DNA of 63,482 nt, counting the filler, from Craspedostauros australis (taxonomy: Eukaryota): NCBI GenBank assembly GCA_030167865.1. It is 15 parts of 15 records of this genome, joined end to end, with 100 filler letters (N's around TTAATTAATTAA, not from the genome) between each part and the next. Parts side by side here need not be neighbours in the genome. Positions count along the whole stretch, not along the records: positions 11,125 to 24,984 come from JALAGF010000165.1; 14 more parts are not named here. One strand, written 5' to 3'. The notes beneath the pieces are model-generated. The model was not told the DNA's origin. It worked only from the letters and a program-made list of their open reading frames with translations, and did no database searches. The position numbers and the translations under genes were made by a program. Below, one piece after another: positions 11,489 to 22,178 of this stretch. The first letter of the stretch is position 1, and each line of letters opens with the position of its first letter.

Positions 11489-14400
11489 TCATTTGGAGCT
11501 CTTCGGCGACTTGCTTGATTTGGGTGACTTGGATGACTTCGTCTTGCTCTCCTTTGATGACTTTTTCGATTTGTATGATTTCGCCCCCTTGGTGCTGCGC
11601 ATGTAAGATGGTTGAGAGGAAGGGAAGGACGACGGCGTGGATGACGGCATCTTCGAGTTGCCGTTGCAGAATTCCAGTGAACCCATGAAGTACTCAAAGG
11701 CGCCACCGTAGAGAGGAGGAGGATTATCACCGACAACCTCACTCGCCGTTCCCGTAAAGATAGTGAATGGGCAATTGTCGCAATCAAGCCAGTCTGGAGG
11801 GATGGGAATGATGTCTTCCGTGAATTGGTTCCCCGTGCTCGTTAGTGTATCGATGCGGATGGAGATCATGCCGTCGCTTTCGGACACAGCCAAAGGTTGA
11901 TCGAATGAAATCACGTCTGTGAATTCATCATCACCTCTGGCCTCGATCGTTCCCGATGCAAGTTCTGTCCAATTCCCGGGTGCATCCCAAGTACTTGGGC
12001 GATAGAAGATTGTGAAAGTTTGGTTCCCCGTCAATGGCAGGACAAGCCTCATGCCTGTGATGTCGACACTATCCAGAATCTGAATGTCGTGTCGCACTGA
12101 AGCGACCGTGTCGAAATAGAATGATCTTGGGAGACCTGCTGTTTTTGCGTCGCGGCAGGTGTCTGTTGGTGCCTGTGTGGGGCCTGCGGATGGCTGGATT
12201 GTTGGCGATGCTGTCGTAGTGGGGGAAGCAGATCTAGTTGGCATCTCGGTGATCAGCTCCGGACAGAATTTGAGGACGCCGTAAAAGACGGGGAACCCAT
12301 CGCGGTAATTGGGCGGTCTGTTTCCAACTTCGAGGCTACCTTGTCCGGTGAATACCTCGAATGGGCAGTCTGGGCACTCGAAGAATCTCTCTGGGATCAC
12401 AATCGGAAATTCCGAGGCCAAAGTCCTCAACCTGTCGGCCATGTCAATGCGGAAGGATACAATGTCATCCTCCGCAGACACCACCACGGGCTGGTCAAAT
12501 ACGAGGGAGGGGGAGAAGCCAGATGAGTCCTTGTCTCCGTTGTTTCCTGATGCAATCTGAGTCCAGTTGCCATCGGCATCCCAGGTGCTTGGGCGGAAGA
12601 AGATCGTGTATGGCATGTTGGTGAATTCAGCAGCCACGGAGACCTTGATGGCGGTGAATTCGGTGCTGTTCAGTATACGAACATCGAATCTGAATGACTC
12701 AGTGCGCTCAGTTGAGCGAGCTTCGCTGGGCGTTGTGAACTCCCACGCTTCGCAAGTTTCGGTTGGAACATTCGATGGGAGTGATGACATTGATGGTGCC
12801 GCAGAACCGGATGGTGTCGCGGTTGGTGATCGACTGCGGTCCAGTTTCACGCTCACTGTCGCACACATGGGTGTGGCCGAGTCATCATCGATGTTGGATA
12901 CCGAAATATAGATCCCATCCAACACAGACGACTGGGCATCAATTCTGTACGATGGTTCTGTCATGTCCAGGATGGCCTCCAGATGAGAGAATCGCCTCTG
13001 GGTGGTGCCGTGGTCTTGTGCCCTTGTCACGAGGACCTGATCCCTGCCCAGTGGAGAATCGGCGTTGAAGCCAATGGCTCTGTTGAAGGCGATGTAGTAG
13101 TTCAATTCACTCTCAGGATCGTCAATTCGGATGATGACGTCGAAACTGGTGTCAGCGGGGTCATAATCGACCGCTCCGCAGAGCCTTCCCTCGAAGTCGA
13201 TGTCTTGACCTCCGGTGAGCAATGTGGTCTGATCGGAGTACCACCCCATCACCCAGCTCTTGGCACCTATGTGGTGGAGGGGCAGGCGCATGAGTAATGA
13301 TATTGAAGAGGTAGGTTTGCAGCATGAACATGAGGGTGTGAAATGATTTGTCGTGGACGCAAAGAACGAAACGATGGAGAAGGTAACGATTGGTGAGGCA
13401 GTGTACGTAGAGCATCGCATCGCATCGTATCACATCGCGTGCGATGAGGTGACAAGACTCCTCCTGGAACGGAATCATCTGGGCCCTTGCTCTCCACAAA
13501 GCAACGGCACCATAGCACTTACCGTTGTACCCCACCTTATCGGTCAGCGATTCATTAAAAAATGAACTATAAATTGGCCTGCCCATCGTGCCGCTGCGAA
13601 ATAATAGTCGATGTTGGGGTTGGAATCCATTGGCCGAAAACGGCAACAATGAGGAAGAGGATCCACGAAGACTGGGGTTAGATGGGCTTCGAACGAGAAA
13701 GAGGGTACTTGTCATGTGATGAGGACCAGAACATGGCAGACGCCTCCAGTGTGCTCTCTCCGGAGTTCGATTGTGTGCGTTCTTGCGTCCGATCGTCCAT
13801 CCGTCTACAATGGTTGATGCAGAATGTCACAGATCGTCTTCAACCTCTCTCTCTCCTGACGCATTGGCTGCGCTTACCTGGAATCTTCGTACTCTACCCC
13901 ATCCCGATTGGAATGGCCAAGCCCAAAGTTGTGACCGAGTTCGTGGACGATGACGGAAGGGTTGGTTGCCCAGTGCGTGCCTGGATAGTTTCTGATACCG
14001 TTGTACATGCTGATCTTTTCGTCGAAATAAGCGTACGCTGTGAATCAGTGGTGTGTCGGTTCCATCGGTGCGCGCATTGATCATCGGGAGAATTTGATTC
14101 GCACGGAAGAAAGATGGTATTCCACGGTGGAGTGAGATGGGTTGGATAGGAGTATGAGCACGGGCAGAGCTCATTCCGATACCAGTGCGTAATGTTGATA
14201 TGGAAGACACAAGTTGTGTGGTCCTTGTCGGCACTTACCGACCCAACCAGCTCCACCATCATCCGACCCGAACGGGACCATGATCAAGAAGAAATCAAAG
14301 TCATCATAGATCTTGACCTCCTGCTTCAGATATTGCGAGACGAGATTATCAACTGTTGTTGCCTCGAGAGTGGTGGGATCAACGTCAGGGGGGAACTCAA

Positions 14401-15330
14401 TTGTCAGAATCCCATCATCTGTCCCATTCGTGGGCATGGTGGAGAGCCTCAGCTTGTCAAAAGACATGGCCGCGAACTGGTCGGTGAAGTTGGGCTGAGC
14501 GCCAAAAATCTCGTCTTTGATGAGGGATTTGGGAACTGTATAGTCGGTTTGGAAGACGACCTGGATGAGGAGGAACTTCTTGTCACCAGAACCAAAGACA
14601 TCAGGAGTGGTCAGAGAACGACCATGTCCATGTCCATGCCCATCGCTTTGCTGGCTTGGTTGATGATGCTCGATCGTCATGTCATCGATGATCTTCAAGT
14701 CCGGCAGCTTCAAGGAGAAGTCAGTGACATCGACGATGACATCCTCCAGAAACAACGTGGACTTGGAAGAGGGAGTTGGCCATGCATGGTTGTTCTTGGC
14801 CCATTCCAGCGTCAGCCCTTCGATGGCCATATGCACAGGCCCATGTGCTTCCTCATCGGAGCCTTGGAGCATGCAAGATAAGTCAGTTGCATCCGTTCCG
14901 TCGGCAGCGCCAATGATACGTGCCGAGACGAGGCATGGCTCCTGTAGGATACTGTGTTCGCCCGAGGCAGCGTCATGCATCTGAATCGAGTTCGATTCAG
15001 TTGTTGGTATTGTGATGAAGGACGTGACGTGAAGTGACGTGACGTGACGTAATGTGTTGTGATGTATTGCATAATACAAGGTACAGAATCATGGTTGAGT
15101 TGAGGATGAGATCATTGAATTGGATGCACGTACGCGTATGTCTGTGGATGCGGATGCGGCAAGGCGAGAATGCCAGCAAAGAAGGAGCCCCCACACGTCG
15201 AGACAACAGTGACAGTTGCCATCTTGCTCGTACTCACCAGCCACCTTGACATCGGGGATGCCGCTGCCGTAGCGACAAGCGCCGCAAGCAGCACAGCAGC
15301 AAGGATTCGTTGGCAGAAGTGAGGATGCAT
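11489..15330 (-). CDS. Secreted gametolysin-like peptidase M11 metalloprotease; exons ~15330-15238, 14980-14239, 14037-13878, 13593-13523, 13266-11489
   Basis: Signal peptide MHPHFCQRILAAVLLAALVATAAA; GWV|AYAYF; zinc motif HELGHNFGLGH at 13945-13913; Met-turn EDS|SGTMG; KVGYN|GAKSWVMGWY; YIAFNRAIGFN. All four GT-AG introns join in phase. The catalytic region is followed by PT/PS linkers, two repeated domains and a K/S tail. Confidence 0.85.
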
Positions 15331-16363
15331 GGCTTTTCGTCATCAACGAGATGAAGGATTTCTGAGATGATTTGGAGTCCGGGGAAGGAAAGAACGAACA
15401 GCAACAGGAACTGCTGCCATTCCTTCGCCAGCCGCCATCTTCGTTGGTTTTCGCGTGCGGTGAACACTCCCCTCTTGTGTGGGTGGGCTTTTTGGTCGTC
15501 TCTTTTCACAACTGGGGTTGATGGCAGGTTGGGGGTGTGTTCATGATCGGTGGTGGAGCACTCGTATAGGCACGGTATCCATGGAGAAGACGGGGAAGTG
15601 GATGGGCGGGAAAGCATCTGTCGCAGAATAGCAGCCAGGTGTCGCTCGCGCATCACGTGTCATGGTGTGGTATTGTCTCTGTGGCCGTTCGCTGGAACTT
15701 CGTGTGCCGAGGTTCCTCAACCCCATCACGTGATTGTGCGGAGAAGCCACCCCCGACAGTTCGCTCGGAAAGATCTCATCAACACCAATTTTGTGGAAGA
15801 ACAGAACAACGTTGTAGTGTTGATGTCGTCGGAACGATCCGTTTGTGCGCCGGCCTCGTGTCACATGTTGTGAACGGAACTCAAATTTATTGCGGGAACA
15901 ACCTGAGCGCACTTGAGTGACTTTGACATCGGATTTGCGGCTTTTTGCACCCATTGGGTCATCGAAGTGACGATCGGATGACGCCATCCGGGTTTGGGCG
16001 CTTCGCAAAAAATCCGAACGTGTCTCGGACTCCCGCGGACAGATGACTCATTCGACTTTTCTCAGTCGTGGAACGAGCCAAGATCGATGATCTTCGTTCC
16101 GAATTTCATCTTTTTCGGTTCCGCACGTTTGGAGCCGATGTTCTGTTGGTTGGTAATGGAATCCCAATGCTCTCACAAAAGGTCGCAACCACACCACACA
16201 TACAAGTACTTGTAGGTGCATTGCCATAATACTTCCAGGAACGGCACTTCTCTGTCCTGCAACTGGTTCACTCTCTTCCGTGCTCTATCCCATCATATTC
16301 CACAGCATAGTCGTCCAGCATCTCTACCATCCATCCATATTTCCATACATCCGTCCATCCAAC

Positions 16364-17710
16364 ATGAGCCATCATCCAAACTCCCGCAACGGTCAGCGCT
16401 TGACGTTGGAAGCCGAAGAGGATTGGCTGCGCCGCAATGGACTGCGTTCGCACGCGCATCAGCCACCACCATCCGACAAGGTTGATGCTGAGAAGCGTGC
16501 GCAGCAGCAGAGTGACTATGCCAAGGACCGATGGGAGGAGTACTTCGAAGAGACGGATCGCGAAACGAAGCGCAGCGAGGCCATGAAGAAGACGATCCTG
16601 CGTTCATGGCAAGGTAAGGTCGTTGGCATTGAGGTGGAGGATGGTGTGAATGGTGGTGCGAATAGTGGTGCGGAAGCTGATGAAGGCATGATGAAGACAG
16701 CAATCAAGGTGCTGGACTACCCGCTTCCGAATCTCGCAGCGTCATCGGATACCATCTTCGTGCTTGGTAGATCGGGACATATGTATGGTTCCAAGGGCGA
16801 GGCCAAAGATGACGCTGATGGTGACAGTGAATTTGACATCCGTGCACCATCCAGCAGTTCCGCTTCCGATTTGAAGCTCTCGCTGGTGGAATATGACCCG
16901 GATACCGTGCAACGGTTCTTGGATTATCTCTGCGCCAACTACAATGCTGGTGCGGGCGAGGCCAGTCACGACATCAACAACGACAACACCGACGATGGCC
17001 ATTGTGACCATCATTATAAGCATGGCTACGCCACCGATTCCACAGAGGAGGAGGACGGTGAAGACCACTTCGACGACGACTACAAAACCAAAAGAAGCAT
17101 CAAGGTCAGCCTCCCATTCACCTACTGGGCCGAAGCCTGCCGCATCGCCCACTACCTGCAATGCGCAGAGGAAGTGCAGCAGCTCGTCGCGCTTCTCGAG
17201 CAGAACATCACGACGTCCAACTGCCTCTACCTCATCCAGCTGGCCGATCAACTGTCCTTGCACACCCTCTTCGAGGCGGCCTTGCAGTTCATGCTGACGC
17301 AGGTGGGCAACCTGGAGTCGTCGGAATGGTGGTCGCAGATCGAATCGTCCGATCTCAAGGAGAGCCTGCAGACCATGACGAGCCTGCTGCAGACCAGCTT
17401 GCTGCATCGCGGTGGCAAACGTCGCACGAACCTCTTCTTCTCCACGCTCGACGAGTACCTCGCCATCTTCGCGGAGCAGGTGGAGTATTATCAGGAGCGG
17501 CTCGAAGATGCGCGGCGTTCGCAGTCCATGTTGAAGCACCGGATGGAAAATCGAGGACGCCATGGACATACCACAGATGCCTGGCAGTATGCGCAGGACA
17601 AGATCGTGCGGCAAGAGACGCGCGTCCAAACCCTGAAGCAGGCGCTCAAGGATCAGAAGCGGTTGTTTGGGCGTCAAAAGTTGCAGCAGCATGCCAAGTT
17701 ATGTATGTAA
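16364..17710 (+). CDS. BTB/POZ(-BACK)-like domain protein with a C-terminal coiled coil
   Basis: LVEYDPDTVQRFLDYL...ACRIAHYLQC...ITTSNCLYLIQLADQLSLHTLFEAALQF matches the BTB/BACK pattern. Single long ORF. Confidence 0.75.
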   Translation: MSHHPNSRNGQRLTLEAEEDWLRRNGLRSHAHQPPPSDKVDAEKRAQQQSDYAKDRWEEYFEETDRETKRSEAMKKTILRSWQGKVVGIEVEDGVNGGANSGAEADEGMMKTAIKVLDYPLPNLAASSDTIFVLGRSGHMYGSKGEAKDDADGDSEFDIRAPSSSSASDLKLSLVEYDPDTVQRFLDYLCANYNAGAGEASHDINNDNTDDGHCDHHYKHGYATDSTEEEDGEDHFDDDYKTKRSIKVSLPFTYWAEACRIAHYLQCAEEVQQLVALLEQNITTSNCLYLIQLADQLSLHTLFEAALQFMLTQVGNLESSEWWSQIESSDLKESLQTMTSLLQTSLLHRGGKRRTNLFFSTLDEYLAIFAEQVEYYQERLEDARRSQSMLKHRMENRGRHGHTTDAWQYAQDKIVRQETRVQTLKQALKDQKRLFGRQKLQQHAKLCM

Positions 17711-18071
17711 CGCAAGAGCAAGCCGAATGGCAAAGAAGTGAGGGCGCAGCCGGGTGGCATAGCTACTCTTCGCGTAATGCTCCAGAACATCTCGACGGCA
17801 AGGACTGCCGCATCCAAACTTTCCATGCCTCTCTGGAGTACTTCTCTATCATTCAGTCATGCATTCATTCATGCATTCATTCATGCATTCTTTCTAGTTT
17901 AGTACGGTTTATTATGATTGTTGCTTTCGTTGGTTCGCAGTCTATTTCCCTTGTGTGAGTGCACGGCAATGCCCATGCCACACATCGCTGCACGATGCCC
18001 TCCCAACACGCGCCGCCGCGCCGCATTGCATCGTCCGTTCCCCAAAGTCAAAACTCGTGCAGATACGCTGC

Positions 18072-21000
18072 CTACAGCTGGTTGTATCCCGCCAACCGCG
18101 AGCTGCGTTCGACCACCATGGTCACCTTGTTCTGCGCCTCCCAGCACTCGTACAGAAGACACGCCTCGCGGAAGTACTGCCCGGCCTGTTCGATCTTCCC
18201 GTGCCGTTGCAGACATTCGGCGTACCGTTCGCAGGCGATGGCCTGATCTGTGACGAGATCCATCTGCTTGGCGCGGTTGATGGCGGCTTCGAAGTGCTGC
18301 GCCGCCGTTTGCAGGCACTCATCTGAATGTTGTTCGCCGTCGAGGATGTCGAGATGGTGCTGCACGTTGGGGTTGCCCTTGTCGATCCATTGGATGATGG
18401 TCTTGCGGCACTTCTTGGCCAACGTGGCGCACGCGTCGCTGGTGTGGTCCTTGCGGCTGCTGCCGACGACGACGTAGCATGCCAGCGCCGTCATGAAGGT
18501 GACGTACATGCAGCAGGTCTGGCCGGCTAGCATCTTCATCATCTTGGGGTAGTGCTTGATGCCGAGCCTGCTGGCCTCCTTGTAGTCGCCGATCACGGCG
18601 GCGAGGTACAGCTTGAGAGCGTTGATGGACTGCACGAGCATCTTGTCGTTCTTCGACTTTTCGTATGTCTGCAGCGTGCGGACCTCGTCGAATCGTCGGC
18701 CGACGAGGTTGGCGGGGTTCTTGCTGTTGCCAGACAAGTTGATGGCGGCTTGCCAGATCATGGAGGCGCGGTCGAAGGTGTGCATACAGTCGTAGTCGAT
18801 GCAGAGCTGCGAGTAGTTGAGCAGGTCCTTGCGGAGGCTGGGCAATCGGCGGCCGGTGAAGAAGGCGTCCTGCAACGAGAAGTACATGGCCGTCAGCGCC
18901 GACGGGATGTCGCCGACGCTCATGCCCTTGTTGAATGCCATGGTGAGCTGCTTCTCGCACCGGTCGAGCGGGATGGCCCAGTTGGATGAGAAGGCGTAGC
19001 ACACCATGACGCTGCGTGGCACCATGAGCGCACCGCCCTGGATGCGATGCATGGTGGACTCCGCGTGCTGCGAGCACAGCTTGCCCAGCTCCAGGTTGCC
19101 GAGGGTGGTGACAAGCAGGAAGGCCATCATGGAGAAGGCATGCGGCGTCCATGGCGTGATGCCTGCCTTCATGGCGCGCTGCACGCTCTTCACAACGATG
19201 AGCGGAAGCATCTCGGAATGGCTCTTGTGCATCATGACGATGAGCTTGTGCAGCGTCTTGGCGATGGCGAACTCCTTGTTGTCGGTGGAGATGGGGACGT
19301 CGTGCACCACATCCGGCGTCCACTTGGCGAGCGTGACCTTGATCTTGGCCATCTCGCAGCTGGACGTCACCGTCTGGACGAGCCTGTTGGTGGGGACGCG
19401 GTATCCCAGCTGGCTGAGCAGATCGAAGGCCTGATCCTTGGCGTCGGATGAGGACATGCCCGGGACGACGGTGTTGCTGGCGGCGTCCATGAGGATGTGG
19501 CAGGCGCGCACCATGTCGACGGCAGTCTTGGCATGCGAGCGGACGTCCTTGCCGTAGGTCTTGAGGACCTTGTAGTTGGAACTGAGGTAGGCGCATTCCA
19601 TGGCGCTCGTGTACAGCTTGAGGCTCAACGCGTAATGCTCAGTCCAATGATCGGACGGGAGCAACGCAATCGCAGTCTCAAAGTAGGACAGTGCGATGGG
19701 GAACGCGGATGCCTGCGCTGCCTTGGTGCCGGCCTCGGAATTGAGGCGCGCGACCTGGATCCGGCTTTCGCAGTTGCCGGACGCCTTGGGTGTGTCCTTG
19801 CGGGCGCTGAGGAGTCCCACGATGAGATATTGCGACTGATGCAGATCCTTGGGTGAGATCTCCTCCATGAGACACTGGCCGATGTGTTGCTTGAGCTCGT
19901 CGATCTTGTCCTGCGGCAGGAGGGCCAGGGCGGCGTTGCGGATCTCGCTGTGCACGAAGGCGTAATCCATCTTGTGGCCCCCAAAGTCGAAGTGATTCTC
20001 TAGCAGGTTGGCCTCCTCGCATCCCTCCAAGACCTGGACGAAGACGACGTCGCTGGATGGTGGCTCGTTCTGGAAGCACTCCCAGTAGAACTTCTTGTGA
20101 TACGACTTGCGCCCGAATCCCGAGATGACGATGCGCAGGAAGTTGCTGGAGAAGTTGGATCCCATGCATGCCGCGAGGGGCAGGATGCCGTTGGCGTTAG
20201 GGATGGTGTCCATCGTCTTGCGCAGGAGGGCGGCGGGTGTGGGGTTGCTGGGCAGGCTCTGCACGATGTCGACGTCATCCCATAGCCACTTGTGCTGGTG
20301 CTGGCTGTATCGGAAGAGTCCCTGTCGCACGAGGTCCCTGAGGACAAGGTTGACGCGGAGGGGATTGCCGTGCGTCTTTTCGTAGAGCGCGATGCCGAAC
20401 TCGTGGACGTCGTTGATGTTGGAGGTGTCGAAGAAGTGCATGAGGACGTCGTTGACGTCGTCGAGTCCCAGGTTGGCCGTTGCCAGATCGAATATCTCCA
20501 CGCAGCGGTCGCCACGGAATTTCTCCACGTCCTTGACGAAGGCATCGAAGTTGGTGGGATTGGCGCGTCGTCCGCCTTCGGGCAGTTGGTGTGGATGTCC
20601 GCTGCCATGGCACAGGATCATGGTGAAGGCGCTGATCTCGCTGTCGGTGAGCAGGGACTTGAGGTAGTCGAAGGTTGGCGCATCGCAGGACTGCGCATCT
20701 TCCATGACCCATACGATGGGACAGTACGAGGTGACGATGCGGATGAGGCGTCGCATGGCGTACTTCATGCTGCTGTGGTAGTCCTGGTAGGGCGCCGTCT
20801 CGGCCAGCAGGAAGGCCGTGTTTCCCTTCTTGCGCTTGGCCTTCTTGCGGATCTTCTCGTCCTTGGCCGGCGAGTTGGGCCCCAGGGCGGAGAACATGCA
20901 CGGAACGAGCTCGCAGATGAGCCACTGCTCGCGCACGCTGAGACCGCGCAGCAGCATCTCTCGCAGCGTCTCGCGGTCTCTGGGATCGTCGTTGTTGGTG

Positions 21001-22178
21001 GAGGAGTGCGACGAATGCGACGAGCATGCCGAGAGTTCCGGCAGGGAGGACATGCCCGATGTGAGGGAGGCGCCGCTGCTGGCGCCCATGTCCTGCGTGT
21101 AGGCGCCCTCGCTGTTGGACGGCAGGATGAAGATCTGGCGGCACAGATCGATGATGGCCGTCGTGAAGCCGAACATGGGCTCGTCCTGATTGGCCTTGCC
21201 GCGGATGTAGAAGATGGAGTCCTTGTCGCATCTGGACTTGAGGTGGTGGGCCAGCGTGGTCTTGCCCGTGCCGACGTCGCCCGAGATGAGGACGAGGTTC
21301 TTGTGGTTGTCCTTGGCGCAGGCAGGTCCCGCGAAGGAGTCGTCGTCGTCGTCGTTGGCGGTGTCGTCATGGTAGCCTCCCAGGTTGTGCACGAAGGAGG
21401 CGTCGGACATGGCGCAGGAGTAGGTGGAGCTGTCCCTCTGCAGGCCGCGCTGGATGGGATCTTCCGTCCTGTGCGTGCTGGTGTAGGTGGCCACAGTGTC
21501 GCCGTCCGACAGATCGAAGCCGGGTCCGTTGCTGGGGCCGTCGGCCTTCTTCTGGAAGAGGAAGTGATGCAACGGTGACTGCTGCACCGTCTGCTCGTAG
21601 ATGGCGTCCAGCACCTGCTGGGCGTTGCTGCGTCCCACCACGGCAAAGTCTTGGAAGTCCAGCTCCATCTTCGCCCTCTTCATGGCGGCCTTCATCGTTG
21701 GTTGCTGGTCGTCCTCGGCTTCCTTCTGTGTCTGCGTCTGCGTCTGTTCTGATTGAGACTGTGGCACTTCCTGTTTCTGTGGTTGCTGTTCCAACTGCTG
21801 TTCCAACTGCTGTTCCAACTCCTCCGATTGAGGCTCCGGCGCAGCGATGGAGGCGGTAGCAGCCGGGATTGCAGAGCTCGCCCTGTCTTCGACGATGATC
21901 GTCGCTGCGGCTCCCTTCTTCTTTCCCCTCTTCTTGGGCTTGGCGCTGCCGGTGCTGGAGGAAGTCTTCGTGTCCAACGTCTCCACCGAGTCAAAGCTCT
22001 CCCCCTTCTTCACGTGTCTCCATTTCGATCCAAACCCCAGTCCTCCTTTCTTCGACTTGCTAGTGGACTTGCCTGTGGACTTGCTTGTGGACTTGCCTGT
22101 GGACTTGCTAGTGGACTTGCTAGTGGACTTGCCTGTGGACTTGGACTTTGTCTTGCTTCGAGGCTCCACCTCCGCCAT
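18072..22178 (-). CDS. STAND-type AAA ATPase (AAA_16-like) with C-terminal TPR-like helical repeats
   Basis: Walker A ISGDVGTGKT, Walker-B-like VMEDAQSCD, KTHGNPL, YAFVHSEIR; C-terminal QAIACERYA...YECWEAQNKV. Intronless, 1368 aa. Confidence 0.85.
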   Translation of the reverse strand: MAEVEPRSKTKSKSTGKSTSKSTSKSTGKSTSKSTGKSTSKSKKGGLGFGSKWRHVKKGESFDSVETLDTKTSSSTGSAKPKKRGKKKGAAATIIVEDRASSAIPAATASIAAPEPQSEELEQQLEQQLEQQPQKQEVPQSQSEQTQTQTQKEAEDDQQPTMKAAMKRAKMELDFQDFAVVGRSNAQQVLDAIYEQTVQQSPLHHFLFQKKADGPSNGPGFDLSDGDTVATYTSTHRTEDPIQRGLQRDSSTYSCAMSDASFVHNLGGYHDDTANDDDDDSFAGPACAKDNHKNLVLISGDVGTGKTTLAHHLKSRCDKDSIFYIRGKANQDEPMFGFTTAIIDLCRQIFILPSNSEGAYTQDMGASSGASLTSGMSSLPELSACSSHSSHSSTNNDDPRDRETLREMLLRGLSVREQWLICELVPCMFSALGPNSPAKDEKIRKKAKRKKGNTAFLLAETAPYQDYHSSMKYAMRRLIRIVTSYCPIVWVMEDAQSCDAPTFDYLKSLLTDSEISAFTMILCHGSGHPHQLPEGGRRANPTNFDAFVKDVEKFRGDRCVEIFDLATANLGLDDVNDVLMHFFDTSNINDVHEFGIALYEKTHGNPLRVNLVLRDLVRQGLFRYSQHQHKWLWDDVDIVQSLPSNPTPAALLRKTMDTIPNANGILPLAACMGSNFSSNFLRIVISGFGRKSYHKKFYWECFQNEPPSSDVVFVQVLEGCEEANLLENHFDFGGHKMDYAFVHSEIRNAALALLPQDKIDELKQHIGQCLMEEISPKDLHQSQYLIVGLLSARKDTPKASGNCESRIQVARLNSEAGTKAAQASAFPIALSYFETAIALLPSDHWTEHYALSLKLYTSAMECAYLSSNYKVLKTYGKDVRSHAKTAVDMVRACHILMDAASNTVVPGMSSSDAKDQAFDLLSQLGYRVPTNRLVQTVTSSCEMAKIKVTLAKWTPDVVHDVPISTDNKEFAIAKTLHKLIVMMHKSHSEMLPLIVVKSVQRAMKAGITPWTPHAFSMMAFLLVTTLGNLELGKLCSQHAESTMHRIQGGALMVPRSVMVCYAFSSNWAIPLDRCEKQLTMAFNKGMSVGDIPSALTAMYFSLQDAFFTGRRLPSLRKDLLNYSQLCIDYDCMHTFDRASMIWQAAINLSGNSKNPANLVGRRFDEVRTLQTYEKSKNDKMLVQSINALKLYLAAVIGDYKEASRLGIKHYPKMMKMLAGQTCCMYVTFMTALACYVVVGSSRKDHTSDACATLAKKCRKTIIQWIDKGNPNVQHHLDILDGEQHSDECLQTAAQHFEAAINRAKQMDLVTDQAIACERYAECLQRHGKIEQAGQYFREACLLYECWEAQNKVTMVVERSSRLAGYNQL
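22060..22146. repeat. 12-bp coding minisatellite (KSTG/KSTS repeats)
   Basis: GTGGACTTGCCT/GCTA units at the N-terminus of the ATPase ORF. Confidence 0.85.

Noticed and set aside
18319..21646. Long overlapping alternative-frame and antisense ORFs (up to ~430 aa)
   Set aside because: Shadows of the GC3-rich ATPase gene.
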